A DNA stretch of 64,000 nt, taken from Paraphysomonas bandaiensis (Eukaryota > Protista > Chrysophyceae). The DNA lies in contig CBFFRP010000437.1 in NCBI GenBank assembly GCA_965644295.1, positions 1 to 64,000 on the forward strand, in the 5' to 3' direction. The translations under genes were made by a program, and so were the position numbers. Below the pieces are notes generated by a model. The model did no database searches. It was not told the origin of the DNA and saw nothing but the letters and a program-made list of their open reading frames with translations. Of the stretch, positions 23,131-36,844 are shown piece by piece (positions within the stretch are counted from its first letter, which is position 1; each line of letters begins with the position of its first letter).

Positions 23131-25493
23131 TGAGTATAATCCAATCGATAGACCATAGATAGCTCATGGCCTAATTGTAGAATGTATTCCTACAACTGGT
23201 TATGTTTATGCTTGTAACTAATAGTTTCTAATTTTCTTACACATAGTTGTCAGAAGTGCAATTACATCATAACATACATGCAGTTGTCAGCAGAACAATG
23301 TGGACTACTATAGCTCATTAAGAAAAATTACCGATAGTATCTCAGCAAGATGTTCAAATGTTAATTAATGACAATAAACTCACTAGATATATTCTCATGG
23401 ATATTGAACTTTACGAAGGCTAAAAATCCCATTGCCATTGGTACATATGGGGCAGGGTCATGAAGGGGTGTATTATTCAGAATGGCTGAGTTATCTAGTG
23501 ACACCAATGTTGGAATAAATTTGAGTAGATAAAAATCTCGTCATAAAAATTTGAAATCAACTATGACCAAGGTACTGGGTCCCGGAATGCGCTGGCACAC
23601 ACAGGCGTTCTTCTAGTTTCCCGATTTAAATAGCCATTATGTTGATGAATTTAATGTTGATGAAGAACTTGACATCAATTTTGCTAAACAAAAATATATC
23701 GCGGGTGAAGCACAACACAGTTATAGCGTAGGGGTAGTAGCGGTCGTTTGTCCCAAACCACCGTCAGTTTTTGACAAAAGCAATATATATATAAACTTTA
23801 CGCTTTTGGTCATGTACTAAATTTTCTGAACTACATAATATTATATATACTAAGGTGCCTGTATTACTGTGATTAGTATCCTTTTAATGTGAGTGAGTTC
23901 AATTTATTGTATCTGTTTATACATCTATCTGTCAGGTTAAATTTATTGTTTATTACTTAAAACATAAAACGTGTCAATAAAGCTTTTGCATATCTCATTT
24001 CTTCCTGTAGATTCAATAAAAGTTCCTCTTGACGCTTCTAGAAGTCTCAAGTTGTTAACACGAGTGACACCCAACAATAAATGACAGACGCTTTCCAATA
24101 TATCACGATTTCACAATTACAAGTCTCAATGCACGATCGTGCTGACGTAGAAGCGACTTTGATGAGATGACATAAGGTAAATTTTGAAAAGTTTATAACA
24201 AATATCATAGCAGGTGTAAAAAAGAAAAGTTTATAATGACAATATTAGTTTGAGCAAGGTCGTTAGGGCATAAGTAATTTACAGAAAGATTCCCTAGCAT
24301 ATATAAGGCAATATATACTTGTATATACAGTTACCTTGACATTCCTCTAACATATTCCCTACTAATACAGATAAATATGTCTGTAATTATTATTTCATAT
24401 TCACCGAAGGACACAGGCCTAGTAGTGATCCCTCCCGTAACAACAATTCGTGTATTTCAGGATTTCCCACCTCCTCTTAAGCTTTTTTTACTAAATAGGG
24501 CTACAACAGCAAGTCGAGCCTCACTCTTCTGTGGGAGTGGCATGACGACATGGGTTCTTGTGTTACAACATGTTAGACATATGTATATAAAATATTATAT
24601 ATAGTAACTTCTTCCCTCCATCATGTGACTCAATTACGTTAATAGCAACAAAAACAAGTTCTAATTGACACAGAGAGAAACAACCACATAATATGAATCA
24701 AGTGTTCCTGTAAAAATTTGGAGCTGCAAAATATTTAGTGACAACATACTACTGGGCTGACATCTTCCTCAAAATCATATATTTTTGGTGCGTACCTGTA
24801 AGTGATACCTATACATTTTAAATTTTAATAAACACACTATTCGCCCATATATAACGTAAAAAAATGTTTTATATGTTCGGGGTTAGTGCGTGTTCTTGTT
24901 GTACAGTTGGGCTTTCTAATTGCTTTACATTGATACTTGTAGCCCCTATGTAGTAGTTTTCTATGACTTTTAAAAAGTGAAATTTAAGCCAGACAAGACA
25001 ACTGCATTGAGAGAATAAATGGTCTACTGGCTTACCTAGATCTCTCAATTTTTCTGTTCCTTTTCATCGTAGTTGCTGAATGTCCCCCCCCCTGACCCCT
25101 GAGCACTTAGGCAGCAGTAAGAACTTACTCTAATGACCTTTCTGAAATGTGTAACACAATTAATGACTAGGCTTTAAACTATATGTCGACTAGCTATTTG
25201 CATCATTTATTAGTTATTAACTACATAAGTGTTAATCAAAGATATAGGGCTACGTTTAAGTAAGCTTTCTACGCGGTCAAAGATACTTCAATAACTACCC
25301 CCAAATTCTACACAAACTTTACCGATATGCTGTTTTCTATCACATGCACACAATACTTCATTTATGCTGATGATATGCTGATGTATGATGTACCACCAAA
25401 CAAATTAAACATTACTTAAACGGAAAACACATAACGGAATCTGTAGTTTTGTACATGAACACGACACAACACCATTATACAGACACAATACCA

Positions 25494-26354
25494 TTATACA
25501 GAGTGGTTATCAAGTAAGCATTTCGGAACGTATTTACACCTTAATGATTGAAAATTCGAAGAAGTAGGTTTTCCATCACTACCTTGTAGAACAGAGTTGG
25601 CACTACATATATCAACTGAGGTTTCACGACTGGAACTGCTACTATTCGAATGGTAAGCTTCATCATCAGTATGTAAGCGTACCGATTCTTCAATATTCAC
25701 TAAGTCATGATGATCACTCTCGCCGCCACTTACAAATGGTACATACTCGTCTGCTGACAAAGACCCCCCGTCAGCCACAGTTGAGACAGGATAATGATAC
25801 GCGATGGGTTCAACCTTGGATGTGTCATGTATAAAGCGACACCCTTCTCCCTTTCTGCATACCCCTCTGGTGGAGAAAAACACACACTCTCCAAGAATAG
25901 AGTGAGATGAAGAAATATCCGTTTCCTCAGACGAAGATGTAGGTTTTGCAGAAACTGGTGTAGCGTTGGGAGGCGTGTTGCTGTCACGGGGAAGGACAAG
26001 TCGATGACGTTTGAGTATCTTTGCTCGGGCATCGTTCATAATCCTCTCCCTCGCTATTGACCTCATATTCGCAGATGATTTCGCACCACTTTTGTGATGT
26101 TTTGATGATGGAGTATACATTACAGAGCTATTTGTCGGTGTAGCGTACAATTGTCGTTTATTACGAGTCGTAATATTTGTATTACGCGAGTAATGACTCC
26201 TCGACCTCTTTTTCTTTGCCACAGGAGGATGATAGGCGATATTACAGGCATCTTGCTGCTGCTTTGACGAGAGATCTCTTAAATTTTGATGTAATTTTTC
26301 TATTTGAGTTTTGAGTTTTTCTTTTTCATGAATTATTTTCTTTTGTTGGCTCAT
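25494..26354 (-). CDS. CCCH zinc-finger protein with N-terminal coiled coil (possibly 5'-incomplete)
   Basis: 286-aa ORF containing C-x8-C-x5-C-x3-H (CVFFSTRGVCRKGEGCRFIHD) and a basic NLS-like KKKRSR. Confidence 0.7.
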   Translation of the reverse strand: MSQQKKIIHEKEKLKTQIEKLHQNLRDLSSKQQQDACNIAYHPPVAKKKRSRSHYSRNTNITTRNKRQLYATPTNSSVMYTPSSKHHKSGAKSSANMRSIARERIMNDARAKILKRHRLVLPRDSNTPPNATPVSAKPTSSSEETDISSSHSILGECVFFSTRGVCRKGEGCRFIHDTSKVEPIAYHYPVSTVADGGSLSADEYVPFVSGGESDHHDLVNIEESVRLHTDDEAYHSNSSSSSRETSVDICSANSVLQGSDGKPTSSNFQSLRCKYVPKCLLDNHSV

Positions 26355-26853
26355 TATTGAGATATATGACGATGGGTAAGTGTAAATGGTTAGGAATATT
26401 GATGGAATAGATCATGGATTGAGTCCGTGTTGATGCTGGGATTGTGTGTGTACCTGTCTACTATACAAACTGTACCGGTGTACTCTTTCCTATGTCGTAC
26501 AAATACTCTGGGGGTGTTTTTTTTTATTAAAGTGTGTATTTATTGCTCAATGCACATATGATTCAGTCACACGACTTTCCTCATCACTCAATCACGTTAT
26601 ATACTTGTTTATTCGACACAGCATACAGGCTATTAAAAGAAAGGACACATTCCCATCAGAGGTAATCTTAGAATGTGATTCAATATCCAATAACTTGATA
26701 CTGCTTCAATGCAAAGAGCACACGTTGTATGTAGCGAAATGCATGTATATCATTGTCAGAATATTATGAACGCACTATTTATTACAATGCCTAACACACA
26801 AGAAAGAAACAATGTATTGCTCGCACTATATTAGCGATGCACATATGATTCAG

Positions 26854-27326
26854 CAGGGATAGGAAAAAATATATTGCAATACTATAGTTAGATAACGTTC
26901 CATCAATAGTATTGATGGAGTTTTTAAACCGGCCCTACAATACTATTGCAATATGTTAGTATGACTAATCAGTAAGTAAACACATCCGTAGTTTCCATTT
27001 TTAGTACTTGTCATTATAAGGTCTATGGTCGCTTGATAATCAAACCCACTACTCTTAACTAATTAAAAGTTTTCTCATACTCATCCTCTGAGCTCTGAGC
27101 CATTATCGGTGACATCATCATCACCATATTCACCCCTTATTAATTGAAATATGCTTGCATCTGGCCACAACTGTCGGTTAGCTTTCAGAAACAACAGTAT
27201 ATTAAGTGTAGTAACCTGATATTGTTTATTGAAATACTGTTGTTAGATAGCGTCTCACCAATAATATTGATGGAGCTTCTAAGCCGACCCAACAATACTA
27301 TAGTAATATATTGTTCCCTAGCCCTG
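26854..27326. mobile_element. MITE with CAGGG(A/C)TAGG terminal inverted repeats (hAT-like)
   Basis: Left end CAGGGATAGGAAAAAATATATTGCAATACTAT; right end ATAGTAATATATTGTTCCCTAGCCCTG. Related sequence at 17124 and ~59720-59865. No TSD seen. Confidence 0.7.
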
Positions 27327-27568
27327 GTTCCAATGTACTATATATTTGCTCCTCAACTAGTTGTACCACTAGGACTTTGCTCACGTATTGAAGTATTTAC
27401 AACCAGTTGAAATCGTCTCATTAAAATAATCACACTTGTGTGACGGCACTAATCTATCGTAGCGATAGTAAAAAGTACAAACCATACTTCGTAGTACGTT
27501 ATTTTAGCGTCCAATGAATCACAACGTAAGTATCACACGTAATGTTGGCCTCATACAACACCAATTCA

Positions 27569-29101
27569 CTAAGAGCTAGCAGCAGACACAACTTGTAGCA
27601 CAGCTTCCTTTGCCTTGAGCATAACTGCTTCATTTTCATTGCTTACAATAACACGTCTTTTGCCATTGACCTCGGTCCTACCCACTCTGATCTTACACCC
27701 AGTCTCAGTCATGAGGTCTCGCAGACCCTGCCCTCCCCGTCCAATCAATGCCCCAGCTTTGTCCTTGGGGATAAAGAAACCCACCTCATCCTCCCGCGGC
27801 AGCCGATCTTCTTCTTGGTGTGGTTGGTGGTTTCTTGGCCGTGAAGGGGCAAGAGGGGGAGTATACGCAGTGTACGGAGAAGGCATTGGAGCATATGCAG
27901 AGTTATCAGCATAGTTTCCCAGGGGTGATCCATGAGTAGGACCGCGCTGCAGAGACGGTCGGGTGTCCACAACCTGGAGGTCCAGTCCCATCTATGTACC
28001 ATGAGAGCACATCTCCAAAATATAATAACAAACCTGAACTAGGTAAGACTGGAGCTCTCTGAGTCGACTGACAACATCTCCATGTAGACCAAGACTTGGC
28101 AAGGAGGAAAATGGGACTGTGACAGGCATGGGTGCGGATAAAAATCCAGGTGGGGGAGCCTGAGAAGGGATGGGAAGCGGATCATATGGTCGCTGGTGCT
28201 CGTAAAACATCTCCAGGATATTATAATGAGTTCTAAATACATGACCATATGTGAATTGTGTCTGTAGTTTATGACAGGTCGAAAACACCTTACCTTCTAA
28301 TGGCCGACAGTGTACCTTCAATAGCAAGATCACGCAACTGAATACCACCAACATCCTGCATCAGTAAAAATGTCAAATCATTGTAGTGGTGATGCAAAAT
28401 CAGATACGGAAATGGGAGAAAGATATATTTACTTCAATGTACCTCAGCATCTTTGTTCATTCGTAAATTTAATGCCCCGCTCCTGTTCTTGAGACTCATT
28501 ATGTTGCTTCCCTGGCGAAATAACATTTAAACATGCTTCTAACTGGCGAAATAACAAACTGGATAAAGCACACATACTTTGGCTCCAACTACGCGACCAG
28601 CCTTAGAATGCTCTATCATGAGGTGGATAGTCAAAATATCGTTTCCGCCACATCCCGAAAACATAATATCAGAAACATGGTCGAATGCATCACACACTTG
28701 CAAAAACTTTCCCGATATTACAACCTATAAAACATAAAACACCACAAGCACTGATACAACTGACACTCACCAATCTTTTGTCTTCGTTAATGTCTGATCC
28801 CTTTATATTAACCCCACACTTGGACTGGACAAGGAAATACACGAGTTAAGACATACGATTAAATTAGTCCCTCCCTACCCGTATATTCGTTACAGTTTGC
28901 CCCCCCTTGCCAATAATCTTCCCAAAATCTGTTGGTGAAACACTCAACCGAGAAAATATCTCACCATCTGTGCTGTCGCCTAATATTATCACACAGATCC
29001 TGTTAGACTAATAGATCATAGACATAGGCTGTATCACAACCTGGGCGATGCCTCTTTTTGCCGATAGAATCTTGCATATCATAACCTCGTCGGTCGTCCA
29101 T
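27569..29101 (-). CDS. Multi-exon RNA-binding protein with three KH domains
   Basis: ATG at 29101 (MDDRRGYDMQD). GxxG loops FGKIIGKGGQTVTNIR, AGRVVGAK|GSNI (split by an intron) and AGALIGRGGQGLRDL. Short GT-AG introns. Confidence 0.85.
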
Positions 29102-29166
29102 GTTGATTGACGCGCACAAGTACAATATATATCATATCACCCCAGAATCCAGTGAGGAGATGGTCG

Positions 29167-29938
29167 TGTATGTATGTATGTATGTATGTATGTATGTAGG
29201 TAGGTAGGTAGGTATGTATGTATGTATGTATGTATGTATGTATGTATGTATGTATGTATGTATGTATGTATGTATGTATGTATGTATGTATGTATGTATG
29301 TATGTATGTATGTATGTATGTATGTATGTATGTATGTATGTATGTATGTATGTATGTATGTATGTATGTATGTATGTATGTATGTATGTATGTATGTATG
29401 TATGTATGTATGTATGTATAGGTATGTATGTATGTATGTATGTATGTATGTATGTATGTATGTATGTATGTATGTATGTATGTATGTATGTATGTATGTA
29501 TGTATGTATGTATGTATGTATGTATGTATGTATGTATGTATGTATGTATGTATGTATGTATGTATGTATGTATGTATGTATGTATGTATGTATGTATGTA
29601 TGTATGTATGTATGTATGTATGTATGTATGTATGTATGTATGTATGTATGTATGTATGTATGTATGTATGTATGTGTATGTATGTATGTATGTATGTATG
29701 TATGTATGTATGTAGGTAGGTAGGTAGGTAGGTAGGTAGGTAGGTAGGTAGGTAGGTAGGTAGGTAGGTAGGTAGGTAGGTAGGTAGGTAGGTATGTATG
29801 TATGTATGTATGTATGTATGTATGTATGTATGTATGTATGTATGTATGTATGAATGTATGTAGGTATGTAGGTATGTAGGTATGTATGTATGTATGTATG
29901 TATGTATGTAGGTAGGTAGGTAGGTAGGTAGGTAGGTA
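29167..29938. repeat. Compound (TATG)n/(TAGG)n microsatellite, ~770 bp
   Basis: TATG array with TAGG blocks at 29197-29212, 29713-29792 and 29909-29936. Confidence 0.99.
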
Positions 29939-29994
29939 CTATCGTAGGACCTACATATCATTTAAGATTCGGGCCTGGTCTGTATCAAACACAA

Positions 29995-32900
29995 ATGGCT
30001 CTTCTCCTCCTCTTGTTTTCCCTCTACTCCCTTCCAACTCACTCCCTCTCTGTCCATGATCTCTATCGTCACGCCTTCGGTGCCGATAAATACTCCACTC
30101 ACTTTACAGATGAAACATCATTTTCAAGAGCTCTGGAGAACAACATCTCCTCTCCCGGCACCACTATTCTCTGCTCAGGTATTCCCTTTGTATTTACCTC
30201 GTCGATTACATTATTCATTACACTTTAATGTAGACTACAACAGTGGATATGTCGTGCATAGTGCCCTCGCAGCAGTGAGCGGGGGCAGTGTGCACACATT
30301 ATACACGAGCTCCAAACACGATACCACATGCTTCATCATGTATCAAGAACGCGATTTGACTTTGATGGAACTTCTGGGTATATCTGCTACTCGAATTAGG
30401 TGAAGTGTTGTTCTATTATAGCGCTGAATTACTTACGTGTCGTAGGCTTGTCTCTCGTATACCGTGGCAAATGAAGATTCATCACTCTGCAATGTATCAC
30501 CTTGGGATGACTGCTGGAACAGAGATACATCGAGTATTGTCTGATCAATTTCGAAGTCCTGAACCACTTAATATGGAAGAGGCGTCTCTAATGGTTTCTG
30601 TTGGGGTCGGGTCACATACAGAAGGCTTGAAATCAGTTGATTATACAAGAGAGTCTCTTCTACGTATTCTGTCCTCATCTCATCCGTCGGACCATCTCCA
30701 ACGTGTGACCTCTCAGTCGGTGTACCGGGCTTTTACGAAACCTTCTAACTCACCAGAAAGCATTTGGGTAAACGCTGCAGCGGAGGCTAGGTCGGCGAAG
30801 GGCGGTCCAGATGACGATGCTTGTGATCTGACTAATTTAGATATGACTTCAGATGATACTGGCTCGATTCTTATCAAGAATTTGCACCGTATTCATGTTA
30901 ATGCGGGAGCGGTTCACGCTCAAAATGATAGCCCGTTACTTACACCTGGTAGGGGACACTTATCTCCACAGGCCTGTTTTGCGAGTCTTTTGGCCGCAGT
31001 CGCAAGTGACCCCAATGTGATCGACATTCGCCTTCGAGGTCCTCGAAAGGTCATGAATCGTAACGGGAAGGGAATTGTTCAAACAAATTCCCAAACCGCC
31101 TCGTATCCGTACCTTGATGCAGGATTAAATGGTGAAGGACAGGTTGTAGGTGTGGGTGATAGCGGTGTGGATGAGCTGTCTTGGTAAGTCCCATTTTTGT
31201 GTGCTCTCATATGGTTTCATAGTTTCTATGCACAGCTTCTTTGCAAACAGTGATTTATCTCTAGTTGCAAGGAGTTCATACAAGAACCCTACCCATGACA
31301 ACAGCAAACGTGTTGTGATTCAGTACGTCAATTACATGGGGAATTCGGATGTCGAAGGAGGTATATTGATGTTCTGTCTGTATCTCAAGTATAAGTGTAT
31401 GTCCAAATAGGACATGGAACTCATGTGTGTGGAACTGTGGCTGGAAGCAATGGTGATGATGATTACAATGGCCACGCAAGTTCTGCAAAAATCGCGTTTT
31501 TTGGTAGGCACATTTGTTAGCAAATATATCCCCAACTAACGTGATAGTATTAGACATGTCTCGAGATGGAAACTATATCTTTTATCCCAGCCCTCTTTCA
31601 AAGAATGTCTTTGATGCCGCGTATTCTGCTGGTGCTAAGCTTCACAGCAATTCATGGGGTTCCGACTCGAATCAGTATGACACTGAATGCTTGGATATAG
31701 ATGCTTATCATGTCAATACTCCGGACTTCCTGGCAATATTCGCAGCCGGAAATGCGGTACAATTTCCCCCGTTTTGCATACAATGCTAACTCTCTTACTG
31801 AAAAGGGTGAAGGAGGATATTATACTTTGGGGAACCCTGCTGTCTCGAAGAATGCCCTTGCAGTTGGGGCCAGCATGAGTAGTCCGGCGACCTTTATCGA
31901 CAATATTGCTTACTTTAGCTCTCTTGGACCGGTAAGTAATCATATGTATTCATTACCGAGTAAATGACTGACCCTTCTGTAGTCTTTTGATGGGCGAATT
32001 AAGGTAACATAGGGATCCCTCTGTTCTCTGTATATATCAATTTTATTTTTCGACAGCCAGATGTGGTTGCACCAGGATATGCCACGTATTCCGCTTATGC
32101 TAGCGGGTCCGCCTCAACATCGTGCTCGTATATCGCAATGTCAGGTTGGTGTATCGTATATCCTGCAGTTGTTATTGAAAATGATATACGATCAGGGACT
32201 TCTATGGCAACACCTGCGGTTACTGGAAATGCGGCACTTATACGACAGTATTTTGAAGACAACGATTTCTGGGCATCAATATGCGATTCGTCGTATACTT
32301 CGTGCGGTGCATTTTCTCCTCTTGGCGCGACAGTAAAGGCTGTTCTCATTCACTCTGGAGAAGCGATGCTGCAATACTACTCCATTGGAGCTACAACCGA
32401 ACCTACTGCCTTGTTGACCAGCCCTCCAGACAGCTATCAAGGCTTTGGCAGAGTGTCGCTCATGAATGTGTTGCCTTATCCAGGAATAGAGGATGTCATC
32501 GATCTCTTTGTAGAGGAGCTCACGGTAGTCTCACTTCAGAGGGTATCGTACACAGTCCAGCTTTCAGATTCCTCGAGACCTCTCAAGGCTACGGTTGTTT
32601 GGTGCGCGCTTGTCATAGTCATTGATACCATAATCTCTTGTATAGGATGGATCCCCCGAACACTGTGGCATCAGCTAAACTTTTGTTACACGATATTGAT
32701 CTGACAGTGACTGCTCCAGACGGCACAGTGTATTATGGAAATGGTGTTGCCGGAGATGAGGTCAACAATGTAGAGCAGGTGTCAGTTTCGAGCCCTGTAT
32801 CCGGCACATATACAGTGTCCATTACGTGTAAAGTATTATCACAGTCGATCTCTCAGTCAGTATCAGTGGTGATAACATCGGCAGGATCAGTAACTGGGCA

Positions 32901-33869
32901 AACTACTTCTGTGGTATCTTCTTCCTTTGTATCCAACGAACTTGGGTGTTCAAGTAACGAAAAGATGGTCACAGTTTACCTCATGGATAATGGTTCGTGT
33001 GTGTGTTTCAGTATATTAGTATTTATGTCTATCGAGCAGGGGGTGATGGGTGGGGCAATGGAAATTCCTTCGAGATTGTTGACTCCACTGGTACTACTAT
33101 TGAAACGGCTAGCATGACAGGATCTACGAATGATGACTCATTTTCCGTGCACAACTTCTGTCTTGACGACGACGAAACGTATACGGCTCGATTGCTTACA
33201 AGTGGCAGCAAGAGTAAGGAAATGGGGGTTGATATTCCGCAGTGCTCTATCTATCTCAGCCGATGGCAGTCGGAGGATACCCTTACGCTCAACTCAGGGA
33301 CTTGCAACCAGTGTACATCGTATAACCTAGGCGTCACTCTTGTGGGTCCCACGTCCGGAGTACCCTATGGGTGGAAAGACACATCGAAGTATATCGTTGT
33401 TGATGGAGCGACTGGAAATGGTACAACGATTATGGAGGGGACCTTGGTGACAGGGATTCTGAGTACTCGGGATTTCTGTTTGCCTAATGGGCAGTATGTT
33501 GTGGAGTTCAATGACGTTCCTGTAAGTATTATTAGATGCCTATAACTTGTAATGTTATGCCTTCCTTAGGAATCTGACGACTTTGAAGGTGGCAGTGACG
33601 GGGTGGATTCGTACAGAATTGCCCTGACAAATTGTAACTCAGCAGTGAGAGATAATGATGAGTTATTTGATGATGACGTGTACCCGGTTCCTATGATTCC
33701 TCCGGGTGGCTCTTTCACAATAACTCTATCATCTTCCGAATGTACCTACGAAATAACCGGTGATAATGTTGCTGATAGTTCAGGGTCAGCCAGAGTGTTA
33801 CCAAGCATGCAAGTGATTTTGCTGATATCAGGACTTCTGACAACTGCTCTGCTACTTGTGTTTGTCTAA
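29995..33869 (+). CDS. Subtilisin-like serine protease (S8A, KP-43-like), multi-exon, signal peptide, C-terminal hydrophobic anchor
   Basis: Catalytic Asp VGVGDSGVD, His GHGTHVCGTVAG, oxyanion FAAGN, Ser SGTSMATP; QGFGRV; KP-43-type C-domain (LKATVVWMDPP..DIDL..NNVEQV); hydrophobic C-terminus VILLISGLLTTALLLVFV. Confidence 0.92.
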
Positions 33870-34293
33870 GTAACAACCTCTGTGATTAATGCCTATTGTT
33901 AAAAAGTGTACGTCACTTTCGAATACCACAGTGTGGTCTAAATGAAAGTTGCGAAAATTAGAAAATGCAGAATAATGTCATTAGATATTTTAGTATGATG
34001 ATATACATTGGACAGCAGAAGAGGTTGTACGAGATACGTTGATAACGTATTCTTAAGGCGTGAAATGTTAATAAGTATGAATAATGAAAATGCTTTTGGA
34101 TACATAGCAAATTCACGATATATTTTTTATACACTATGACACAATGATGTTAGATACTATTTTATCACTGAAGTTTACCTTGCTCAACACGTAAACCTTT
34201 AACTTGCTTCTTGTTGCGCACAACGTACTTTCTTTCATGAAAAAAGAATCAAAATCATTAATATCAATACTACTTCTAAACATATATATTCAT

Positions 34294-34530
34294 CCGGGCC
34301 AGTCAACAATATAATATATATATTGCCAGCAAAAAATAAAAAATAATAATAACATTTCAAGACCAATATAAATTAATAGTAACTAGTTAGTAGAGGTTAC
34401 GAGGTTACAACATTACGATGAAAATCCAATAACAATGCACCAACTAGTACTCTAAGTGTTCCAACTCGTTGTCGCTGTCGTCCTCATCGGACGGTCCATC
34501 ATCGATGACCTGTTGCACTGTCTTTGCGGT
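34294..34530 (-). mobile_element. 3'-end fragment of CAGGGCCAGTC hAT-like element
   Basis: CCGGGCCAGTCAACAAT terminus; 34380-34530 is the reverse complement of ~36555-36712. Confidence 0.75.
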
Positions 34531-34674
34531 TTACAAGTAGTGCTTGTTTGATTTGCTTCGTTGAATAGCAAACACCAAACTGATAGGGTTTGTTGTCTCC
34601 TTTTGCTTAATACTAATAACTACTACACAAAACAGAATAGCTTTTAAAACATTATTTTTTCTACATATAAGTAC

Positions 34675-35095
34675 TGTGGGATAAGTACCGGAGGTATTTC
34701 TCCGGGAAACTAACATCATGAGCCACATATATGTAGTCAACAGATAATACTCTGCCCACTCATATATAATAGTCAAATGCTTGTGTGGTACAAGGGACAC
34801 TAACAAGTGTCACTTGTGTAGAAGTCTTTGAGCGTTGACAAATAAACACAGGCATCTGGAGTTGTGGGATGCCTACTGAAGTCAAGCATCCGGATTAGTT
34901 CACCTTGAGGACAGTGAGCGAAAGTGGTTGCACCTTGTTGGTGCTTGCGGTGACGCACAAGTAGCTTTCTTCGTAGCGCCAAAAATATAGTAGGATATAT
35001 ATCAAAGTTAAGCTCTAGTTAGTAAATTACTTTTTGCTACATTAGTTTTCTGACTCTTATACGCCTATATTGGTAATAATCAGACATTCACAACT
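34675..35095 (-). repeat. Dispersed repeat family A, copy 4
   Basis: Same motif order as 13924-14409 (GATAAGTACCGGAG, CTGCCCACTCATA, AAGCATCCGG, CGTAGCG, AATCAGACATTC). Confidence 0.85.
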
Positions 35096-35194
35096 ATGAT
35101 GATAGTATTATAGTACAATATATATTACGAAGTGCTATCTATACTTACAAGAGCGATAATCAACTAAACTTCTGGTACGTTTACCAGTAATAAT

Positions 35195-35350
35195 AGAAGC
35201 AGAATGAACTGTACCTGCGTCTACCCACTCCTTAGTGGCTGGGTTTTCCTGGATATAAAAATCCACCTCGGAATATTGTCTCTTCTACTGGAGGGGATAT
35301 ATATTATGAGGCTTATCCTGGCGGGCTACATTAAATATTAGGTACAGTAC
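35195..35350. repeat. Dispersed repeat family B (second copy at ~61350-61500)
   Basis: Shared TCTACCCAC..CCACCTCGGA.TA.TGTC..ACTGGA.GGGA..TATTATGAGGCTTA.CCT.G.GGGCTAC.TT.AATATTAGGTACA. Confidence 0.7.
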
Positions 35351-35859
35351 ACAAACAAGCATATATATAAAGTATACCAGATGCAAGCGAAAGTATTTGG
35401 AGCACATCCTCCCTACAAGTGGCGCCACATCTCATCATCATCATTGACAACATGGACAATACCACGCATCCTAGAGTGACAATACCATAATCATCAGACA
35501 GACGATGATGAGTCCACCTCTTGTTGACCTGATTGTACAGATATAAACATGGCATAATAATATAATATATTTACAACACAACAACATACCAGATTGATAC
35601 TTCTGAGGCATTGACGATTATATCACCACAATCCCATCCCTCCTCCCTCCTCCTGGCATCAAGCCTCGCCTTCTTTGCACGTGCTTCTTTTCTTTCAACA
35701 TTCGTCTTCTTCCTCACTGCACGCTGCTCTTCTCTGCCGGGGTATACATTGGGCAGGACTCCGACCATATCGGTGGGTGTAGAACCATCACAGTTCCGGA
35801 AGACAATACATATGTCGAATAATATGGAAGTCGAAAAGAACTTTCTTATAGTGTTGGAT

Positions 35860-36844
35860 TGCAATAATATAGATATTGCAATTATATATTCTTGCTTGCT
35901 ACAAAAAATATATAATATATATATTATTGTATTGATTATTATTTTAGCAAAATTTGGCCTCTCGCAATATATTGCAATATTATATTGATAATAAAATATA
36001 TTATATTGCTGATATTATATATGCTAATGTGTCTTAGAAAATATACTTGATTAATCATAAACGACTCTTCATAATCACATAACTCATCTATACTATTCTA
36101 ACATCGAACAATTATAATAACAACCTGCAACGAAGAACACAATTCATGTTCAATATTACAAATCGTACTGTCTGTCTCTCTGTCAAGCTATTCATCTAAT
36201 AGTAAACTCCAAACTGCTTAAATTGATGCTGTCATCCTCACAGATATATATGTTTTTCTTATAACCTGTAATGGAATGTCAGTCTAAACTATTCGATTAG
36301 GGATAGGGTTAGGGCCATCGAAGAGGCTAATGTAATAAACACTGCTGCTGCATTTGAAAGCCACAGAGCTACTAAGAAGTTACAGCTACAGCTTGACACC
36401 CACCAGTATGATCGACCAAGTATGTATTCAGTACAACAAACGTTGTGGAGCGTTTGTTCAGCAGAACCAAGGTTATTATGACACACTTGCGACAAGGAAT
36501 GACCCCATGACGCCTCGAACTGCTGCTGTTAATTTGCTGCAACAAGCACTTTTGGACCGCAAAAAGACAGTGCAACAGGTCATCGATTATGGACTGTCCG
36601 ATTATAAGAATGAGGACGACAGTGACGAAGAGTTGGAACACTTTTAGAGTACTAGTTGCTGCATTGTTATTGGATTTTCATCGTTATGTTGTAACCTCTA
36701 CTAACTAGTTACTACCCATCGATCTCATTTCTTCTTCTTAGCGCCCAATATATATCAATATATTGCAATATATTACAACATATATAATAATTATAATTAT
36801 TATTATTATTATTGCTTGCCATATATTGTTGACGACTGGCCCTG
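35860..36844 (+). mobile_element. Internally deleted CAGGGCCAGTC hAT-like element with ORF remnant
   Basis: 35860-36290 matches 42200-42575; terminus ..GACTGGCCCTG at 36844; contains ORF fragment 36354-36647. Confidence 0.7.

Noticed and set aside
29137-29961. MYVC/HTYI/PTYL-repeat ORFs
   Set aside because: Translation artefacts of the TATG/TAGG microsatellite.
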